Below, in pieces: positions 59,007 through 64,000 of a stretch of DNA of 64,000 nt. This DNA comes from an uncultured Clostridia bacterium (GTDB lineage: Bacteria > Bacillota > Clostridia > TANB77 > CAG-508), in the NCBI GenBank assembly GCA_947589645.1, contig CANQCG010000001.1, positions 19,179 through 83,178 on the forward strand. The letters run 5' to 3'. Each line of letters opens with the position of its first letter. Within the stretch, counting starts at the first letter, position 1. Under the pieces are notes generated by a model, which was not told where the DNA came from, did no database searches, and worked only from the letters and a program-made list of their open reading frames with translations. The position numbers were made by a program, and so were the translations under genes.

Positions 59007-59939
59007 ATGCTAAAAGAAATTTATATAATAGATGATGATGAAACTTCTCTAGTGGTGTTTAAATCATTATTTAAAAATGACGAAGATTATAAATTTATTA
59101 GTGTAAAATCAGAACAAATAGATGTTGCACTTAATAACATACCATCATTAATAATAATAAATGAAGATGCAATAAAACGTGATATAGTAGAATTATGCAA
59201 GCAAATAAGAAGAAATGAAGATAATAATATTACTCCAGTTATAGTTGTTTCTTCAAACTTAGAAAAAAGTCATAGATTACAAATATTGCAAGAATCTATA
59301 GAATATTATATAAAAAAACCAGTAGATGAAGAATATTTATATCATACAATTAAAAATTTAGAAAGATTATTATCAATAAATAGAACAATAAGCCCATTAA
59401 CAGGTTTGCCAGGAAATGTACAAATACATGCAGAATTAAAAAAGAGACTAACTAAGAAAGAAGAATTTGCAGTATTATATATAGATTTAGACAATTTTAA
59501 AGCTTATAATGATGCATATGGCTTCTTAAAGGGAGATCAAATTATACAATTTACTGCTGACACTATTTTAAGTTCAATTCATAATTTCTATACAGAAGGA
59601 ACATTTATTGGACATATTGGAGGCGATGATTTTATTGCAATCACGCCATATAAAAGTATTGACAGTCTATGCCAAACAATTATAGCTACATTTGATGTTG
59701 GGGTTAAAAAATTTTTTACAAAGGAAGACCAAGAAAAAGGTTATATTGAAGTAGCAAATAGAAAGGGAGTCATTGAACAATTCCATTTAACTTCAGTTTC
59801 AATAGCAGTAGTTGTAGCCGATAAAGATAGATTTAATAATATATTGGAAATAGGAGAAGTAAGCACACAGGTAAAACATTTAGCTAAGTCTATTTCAGGA
59901 AGTAGTTATGCAATAGATAGAAGAAGAGAATACGAATAA
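59007..59939 (+). CDS. pseudo-receiver plus GGDEF-domain protein with a GGDDF motif and no I-site
   Basis: The REC-like N-terminus has Asn at the phospho-acceptor position (SLIIINED). The GGDEF domain is recognisable from PLTGLPGN, AVLYIDLDNFKAYNDAYGFLKGDQII and GHIGGDDFIAI. RBS AGGAGGA. Confidence 0.75.
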   Translation: MLKEIYIIDDDETSLVVFKSLFKNDEDYKFISVKSEQIDVALNNIPSLIIINEDAIKRDIVELCKQIRRNEDNNITPVIVVSSNLEKSHRLQILQESIEYYIKKPVDEEYLYHTIKNLERLLSINRTISPLTGLPGNVQIHAELKKRLTKKEEFAVLYIDLDNFKAYNDAYGFLKGDQIIQFTADTILSSIHNFYTEGTFIGHIGGDDFIAITPYKSIDSLCQTIIATFDVGVKKFFTKEDQEKGYIEVANRKGVIEQFHLTSVSIAVVVADKDRFNNILEIGEVSTQVKHLAKSISGSSYAIDRRREYE

Positions 59940-59969
59940 AACATTTACATATAAAACAAGAATAAATAT

Positions 59970-60016
59970 AAAAAGCTTTCATATAAATATATTATATATT
60001 TATATGGAGGCTTTTT
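59970..60016 (+). terminator. long imperfect hairpin (23-nt arms) ending in GCTTTTT immediately before the cwlD ATG. The cwlD GGAGG RBS lies inside its 3' arm.
   Basis: AAAAAGCTTTCATATAAATATAT / ATATATTTATATGGAGGCTTTTT. It acts as a terminator for the GGDEF gene, but it sequesters the cwlD Shine-Dalgarno. Confidence 0.5.
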
Positions 60017-60730
60017 ATGATTATATTAAGTAAAAGAAGAATCACATTAATTTTAACTTGTGTACTTGTAGGAATTTGTGCATTTATGCTAAAAAGTTCG
60101 CAAACAGATTTAGATGTAGTTCCTACAGTTACACTTCCTGTAAGCGGAAAAACTATAGTTATAGATGCAGGACATGGAAAACCGGATGAAGGTGCAGAAA
60201 GTTCTCAAGGAACGACAGAAGCGCAAACTAATCTAGCCATAGCATTAAAATTGCAAAATTTACTAGAGAGTAGTGGATGTACCGTAATATTAACTAGGTC
60301 AGATGAAAATGCAATCTATGATATAGATAGCAAAACATTGAGACAAAAAAAGATATCAGACATACATAATAGAGTAAAAATAGGAAATGAAAGCCAAGCT
60401 GATATTTTTGTATCCATACATTTAAATAAAATTCCTCAGCAACAATATTATGGTTGGCAATGTTTCTACAAAGAAGGAAATGCAGAGGGGCAAAAATTAG
60501 CCGTTTCAATACAGGAAAATTTAAATAATGCAATTCAAAAACAAAATAATAGAGTTGCACACACAATAGATAATGTATATATAATAAAACATGTTGAGAT
60601 ACCTACAACTATAGTTGAATGTGGATTTTTATCAAATCCAGAAGAAGAAAAACAATTATTAAGTGATGACTACCAAAATAGATTAGCTTGGGGAATATAT
60701 AATGGAATAATAAATTATTTTTATAAATAA
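60017..60730 (+). CDS. cwlD: germination-specific N-acetylmuramoyl-L-alanine amidase CwlD (Amidase_3)
   Basis: A 237-aa protein with an N-terminal TM segment, VIDAGHGKPDEGA, LTRSDEN and ADIFVSIHLN motifs. Its size and architecture match CwlD. Confidence 0.8.
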   Translation: MIILSKRRITLILTCVLVGICAFMLKSSQTDLDVVPTVTLPVSGKTIVIDAGHGKPDEGAESSQGTTEAQTNLAIALKLQNLLESSGCTVILTRSDENAIYDIDSKTLRQKKISDIHNRVKIGNESQADIFVSIHLNKIPQQQYYGWQCFYKEGNAEGQKLAVSIQENLNNAIQKQNNRVAHTIDNVYIIKHVEIPTTIVECGFLSNPEEEKQLLSDDYQNRLAWGIYNGIINYFYK

Positions 60731-60785
60731 ATTACAAATAAAATGATAACTTCTCCGATTTATTTACAAAATTTTGCTTGAAGCA

Positions 60786-60814
60786 TTGACTTTTTGGCAC
60801 TTTGAGTATATTAT
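60786..60814 (+). promoter_or_regulatory. sigma-A-type promoter for minD-minE-rodA (TTGACT - 17 nt - TATTAT)
   Basis: The -35 is at 60786..60791 and the -10 at 60809..60814, 40 nt upstream of the minD ATG. Confidence 0.5.
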
Positions 60815-60855
60815 TATATAGAAAAAGTGTTGAAAAAATCCTAAGGAGGGAAATT

Positions 60856-61647
60856 ATGGGAGAAGTTATAGTTATTACATCAGGAAAAGGCGGAGTAGGA
60901 AAAACAACAACAACAGCAAATTTAGGGTCAAGCTTAGCACTTGAAGGAAAAAAAGTCGTATTAATAGATACAGATATAGGTCTTCGTAATTTAGATGTAG
61001 TTATGGGACTTGAAAACAGAATAGTATACGACATAGTAGACGTTGTTGAAGGTAAATGTAAATTAAGACAAGCTCTTATAAAAGATAAAAGGTTCAAAGA
61101 GCTTTATTTATTACCAGCCGCACAAACACGAGATAAAAGCGCAGTAAATGAGGAACAAATGAGAGAACTTACAAGTAAATTAAAAGAAGAGTTTGATTAC
61201 ATACTTGTAGATTGCCCAGCAGGAATTGAACAAGGGTTTAAAAATGCTATAGCAGGAGCAAATCGCGCAATAGTAGTAACTACAGCGGAAATATCATCAA
61301 TTAGAGATGCTGACAGAATAATAGGATTGCTAGAATCTTCAGATATAAAAAATCCAGAATTAGTTGTAAATAGAATCAGACCTAATATGGTAAAAAAGGG
61401 TGAAATGATGGATGTTGATGACATAGTTGATTTACTATCTATAGATTTAATAGGAGTTATACCAGATGACGAATATATAATAACCCAGACTAATAAAGGT
61501 GAACCAGTAATTCAAAACAAAAAAGCCCCATCAGGAAAGGCATACTTAGAAATAGCCAAAAGAGTTTTAGGTGAAAATATTGAAGTTAGTATACCTGGAA
61601 GAGAAAAAGGTTTTTTCTCAAAAATTAAAAGTATATTCAAAAAATAA
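60856..61647 (+). CDS. minD: septum site-determining ATPase MinD
   Basis: MGEVIVITSGKGGVGKTT is the deviant Walker A, with a C-terminal amphipathic helix (KGFFSKIKSIFKK). ATG 60856 follows AAGGAGGG. The track start is further upstream. Confidence 0.9.
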   Translation: MGEVIVITSGKGGVGKTTTTANLGSSLALEGKKVVLIDTDIGLRNLDVVMGLENRIVYDIVDVVEGKCKLRQALIKDKRFKELYLLPAAQTRDKSAVNEEQMRELTSKLKEEFDYILVDCPAGIEQGFKNAIAGANRAIVVTTAEISSIRDADRIIGLLESSDIKNPELVVNRIRPNMVKKGEMMDVDDIVDLLSIDLIGVIPDDEYIITQTNKGEPVIQNKKAPSGKAYLEIAKRVLGENIEVSIPGREKGFFSKIKSIFKK

Positions 61648-61686
61648 CATAGATTTGGGGGTATAAAAACAATGTGGGAGAGCATA

Positions 61687-62229
61687 ATGAATTTTATAAA
61701 AAAAATTACTAGAAAAGAGGACCAATCACTAAATTCTAAAGATGCAGCTAAAGAAAGATTACACTTAGTTTTAATGCAAGATAGGGCTAATGTGTCAGCT
61801 GATTTCTTAGAATTAATGAAACAAGAAATTATAGAAGTAATAAAAAAATATATAGATGTAGATGAAACAGCTATAGATGTTAGACTTACTAATAAAGACA
61901 ATGGAGACGGAACGAAAGGTGCTCCTGCGTTATATGCAAATATTCCAATTGTGAACATAAAAGATGAAGTTAGACAAAAAGCTACAACTAATACACAAAC
62001 CACATTAGATACTAATTCATCAAAAGATACTCAAAAAACAAAAGTGGAAGATGCTACTAACAAAGAAGAAGTTCAAGAAAAGCAAGATGAGCAAGAAAAT
62101 AACATTAATGAAAGTAATAAAAATTCAGAAGATGGAGAAAATATAATAGCATCAGAAGAATCTAAGAGTGATGACCAAAAAGAGCAAGATGAAAAAGTAG
62201 TAGAGCAAAAGGCAGAGGATAACAAATAA
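61687..62229 (+). CDS. minE: cell-division topological specificity factor MinE with a ~90-aa acidic/Gln-Lys-rich C-terminal extension
   Basis: MNFIKKITRKED...AKERLHLVLMQDRANVSADFLELMKQEIIEVIKKYIDVDETAIDVRL...ANIPIVNIK matches MinE. The start could be 61672 or 61687. The tail TNTQTTLDTNSSKDTQKTKVEDATNKEEVQEKQDEQENN... is low-complexity. Confidence 0.8.
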   Translation: MNFIKKITRKEDQSLNSKDAAKERLHLVLMQDRANVSADFLELMKQEIIEVIKKYIDVDETAIDVRLTNKDNGDGTKGAPALYANIPIVNIKDEVRQKATTNTQTTLDTNSSKDTQKTKVEDATNKEEVQEKQDEQENNINESNKNSEDGENIIASEESKSDDQKEQDEKVVEQKAEDNK

Positions 62230-62241
62230 AAGAGTGATCAT

Positions 62242-63348
62242 ATGAAAAAAAGAAATTTAAAAAACATGGAATGGTGGATAGTAATATGGGGAATAGCGCT
62301 AAGTATAATAGGCTTAATAGCGCTATTTTCTGCTACTTCAGAAAGTAACTACAATGAATTTATAAAACAAGTAATATGGTTAATTGTAAGTATTGTTGCA
62401 ATGATAGTAGTTATGTTAATAGATTATAACATGTTAGTAAAATTATCACCAATACTATATGGAGTCTCTATTATTTTACTTATTTTAGTATTATTTACTG
62501 AGCCAATAAATGGAGCATCAAGTTGGTTTTCAATAGGAGATTTTGCCTTTCAACCTTCAGAGTTTGCTAAAATTGCAGTAATACTTTTTATATCCTTTGC
62601 TATGGCAAAGTTGCAAGAAAGTGGTAAAAACGAAATAAATAAACCATGGAAATTATTTATTATATTGGCCATTGTTGCATTGCCATTATTGCTTATAGTT
62701 AAGCAACCTGACTATGGTACAGCAATTGCATATTTACTAGCATTAGCTTTTATGTTATTTGCAGCAGGGCTAGATAAAAAATATATAATTGTAACATTTT
62801 TACTTATAGCAATACTTGCTCCAATTATATATATTTATGTTCTTCCTGAACATGCCAAAACAAGAATAGAAATTTTTATGCATCCAGAGTCAGATCCAAG
62901 AGGAGCAGGCTATAATGTAATACAATCTAAACTAGCAATAGGAGCGGGACAACTTACAGGGATGGGGCTTTTTAAAGGCAATCAAACTCAACTAGGGTAT
63001 TTGTACCCAAAAACTACTGATTTTATATTTTCGGTAATTGGTGAGGAAATGGGCTTTATAGTATCAAGTATTGTAATAATTCTATATGTCTTAATAATAA
63101 CAAAAATAATATATATAGCAAAAACTGCAAAAGATGATGAAGGCTCATATATTTCTATTGGAATTGCAGGAATATTTTTATTTCATATGCTCGAAAATAT
63201 AGGAATGACAATGGGTTTACTACCAATCACAGGTGTTCCATTATTATTTGTAAGCTATGGTGGTAGTTCAATGATAATAAGCTTTATATCTTTAGGAATA
63301 TTATTAAATATTAGTGGAAAAAGACAGAAAACAATATTTGTTAAATAG
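62242..63348 (+). CDS. rodA: peptidoglycan glycosyltransferase RodA (SEDS family; FtsW/RodA/SpoVE)
   Basis: A 368-aa polytopic membrane protein with the SEDS motifs (QPSEFAKIAVILF, GDFAFQP; the ORF track's reading of the last residue is GDFAFQP) in the canonical position after minE. Confidence 0.85.
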   Translation: MKKRNLKNMEWWIVIWGIALSIIGLIALFSATSESNYNEFIKQVIWLIVSIVAMIVVMLIDYNMLVKLSPILYGVSIILLILVLFTEPINGASSWFSIGDFAFQPSEFAKIAVILFISFAMAKLQESGKNEINKPWKLFIILAIVALPLLLIVKQPDYGTAIAYLLALAFMLFAAGLDKKYIIVTFLLIAILAPIIYIYVLPEHAKTRIEIFMHPESDPRGAGYNVIQSKLAIGAGQLTGMGLFKGNQTQLGYLYPKTTDFIFSVIGEEMGFIVSSIVIILYVLIITKIIYIAKTAKDDEGSYISIGIAGIFLFHMLENIGMTMGLLPITGVPLLFVSYGGSSMIISFISLGILLNISGKRQKTIFVK

Positions 63349-63356
63349 GAGAAAAA

Positions 63357-64000
63357 ATGTACCTAAAAAAATTAAAAATAGGAGATGTAGAACTAGAAAA
63401 TAATTTAATATTAGCACCTATGGCAGGTATAACAGACCTGCCTTTTCGTAGTATCTGTAAAGAATTCGGACCAGGCTTAGTATGCACAGAAATGGTAAGT
63501 GCAAAGGCAATATTTTATGGTGACGAAAAAACTAATTTACTACTTAAAACATATGGAGAAAAAAGGCCTATTTCAATGCAAATTTTTGGAAGTGATGAAG
63601 AATCAATGGGGTATGCGGCAGAAAAAATCAGTAAAATTGCAGATATTATAGACATTAATATGGGATGTCCTGCTCCAAAGGTGGTTAAAAATGGTGATGG
63701 TAGCAAATTATTATTAGACTTAGATAAGGCTGAAAAAATAATAAAAGCAGTTGTACAAAATTCAACAGTACCAGTAACAGTAAAATTTAGAAAAGGTTGG
63801 AATAGCCAAAATATAGTTGCTTGTGATTTGGCTAAAATTGCAGAAAAATGTGGAGCAAAAGCAATAACTATACATGGTAGAACTAGAGAAGAATATTATA
63901 GCGGGAAGGTCGATTTAGATGCAATAAAAAAAGTTAAAGAAAGTGTTTCAATTCCGGTAATAGGAAACGGAGATATAGACTCTGAAGAATCAGCATTAAA
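63357..64000 (+). CDS. dusB: tRNA-dihydrouridine synthase (DusB-like), 3' end truncated by the window
   Basis: MYLKKLKIGDVELENNLILAPMAGITDLPFRSICKEFG...CTEMVSAKAIFYGDEKT ... DINMGCPAPKVVKNGDGSKLL. RBS TAGGAGA. It runs off the window end, so it is not in the track. Confidence 0.8.
   Translation, partial: MYLKKLKIGDVELENNLILAPMAGITDLPFRSICKEFGPGLVCTEMVSAKAIFYGDEKTNLLLKTYGEKRPISMQIFGSDEESMGYAAEKISKIADIIDINMGCPAPKVVKNGDGSKLLLDLDKAEKIIKAVVQNSTVPVTVKFRKGWNSQNIVACDLAKIAEKCGAKAITIHGRTREEYYSGKVDLDAIKKVKESVSIPVIGNGDIDSEESAL

Noticed and set aside
12883-60855. Looked for integrase, transposase, recombinase, sortase or Cas genes that would define the 48 kb block as a classical mobile element, a pilus/sortase locus or a defence island
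   Set aside because: No ORF shows tyrosine/serine recombinase, DDE transposase, sortase TLxTC or Cas motifs. The only mobile-element-like component is the degenerate ORF6N gene next to the tRNAs. The block is therefore described as an accessory region, not as a defined element.
61512-62003. A 163-aa minus-strand ORF across the minD/minE junction
   Set aside because: It is antisense to two conserved genes, with no RBS.

Overview
This is an AT-rich chromosomal window from a low-GC Firmicute, most likely a Clostridium-like spore-former. The evidence is Shine-Dalgarno-type RBSs, the radC-mreBCD-pbp-minC and minD-minE-rodA gene order, and sporulation genes (spoIIE, cwlD, Spo0E-like, Coat-F, dacF-like). 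The left 13 kb is housekeeping. It contains a truncated membrane ORF, an AAA ATPase, pcrA, two small Coat-F genes, an M23 peptidase and a mecA-like gene. These are followed by a sigma-A-type promoter and then radC-mreB-mreC-mreD-PBP2-minC. minC (ends 12882) is separated from minD (starts 60856) by ~48 kb, and minD-minE-rodA has its own promoter. The intervening block carries two tandem, paralogous two-gene operons, A1-B1 and A2-B2, encoding giant surface proteins of 1.6-2.0 k aa. The A proteins have DUF11 repeats, a Pro/Asp-rich linker, an SdrD-B-like domain and a non-canonical C-terminal S-I-Q-T-G motif followed by a TM segment and a basic tail. The B proteins have an N-terminal thioester-domain-like signature (Cys ... 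Q-x-A/V-I-W), SpaA/CnaB-type prealbumin folds and a PPTG sortase-type signal. A third giant protein (52208..58108) combines a textbook-looking TED signature (YCIK ... QQAAIWYFT) with six DUF11 repeats and the A-type C-terminal motif. The block also holds spoIIE, a WG-repeat membrane protein, acpS, tatD, a family-4 UDG and an M16 peptidase pair. It also contains an unannotated Spo0E-like small ORF and an XRE-HTH membrane regulator. There is an ORF6N-domain gene disrupted by triplication of a palindrome that encodes its own LRSQFVT motif, and a 2.6 kb segment bracketed by TTAATGTAGT-type direct repeats. The rest of the block is tRNA-Gly/tRNA-Cys, a dacF-like carboxypeptidase, a pseudo-receiver-GGDEF(GGDDF) protein and cwlD. 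No sortase, integrase, transposase, rRNA or CRISPR array is present. All calls are from reading the sequence and the ORF track without database searches.
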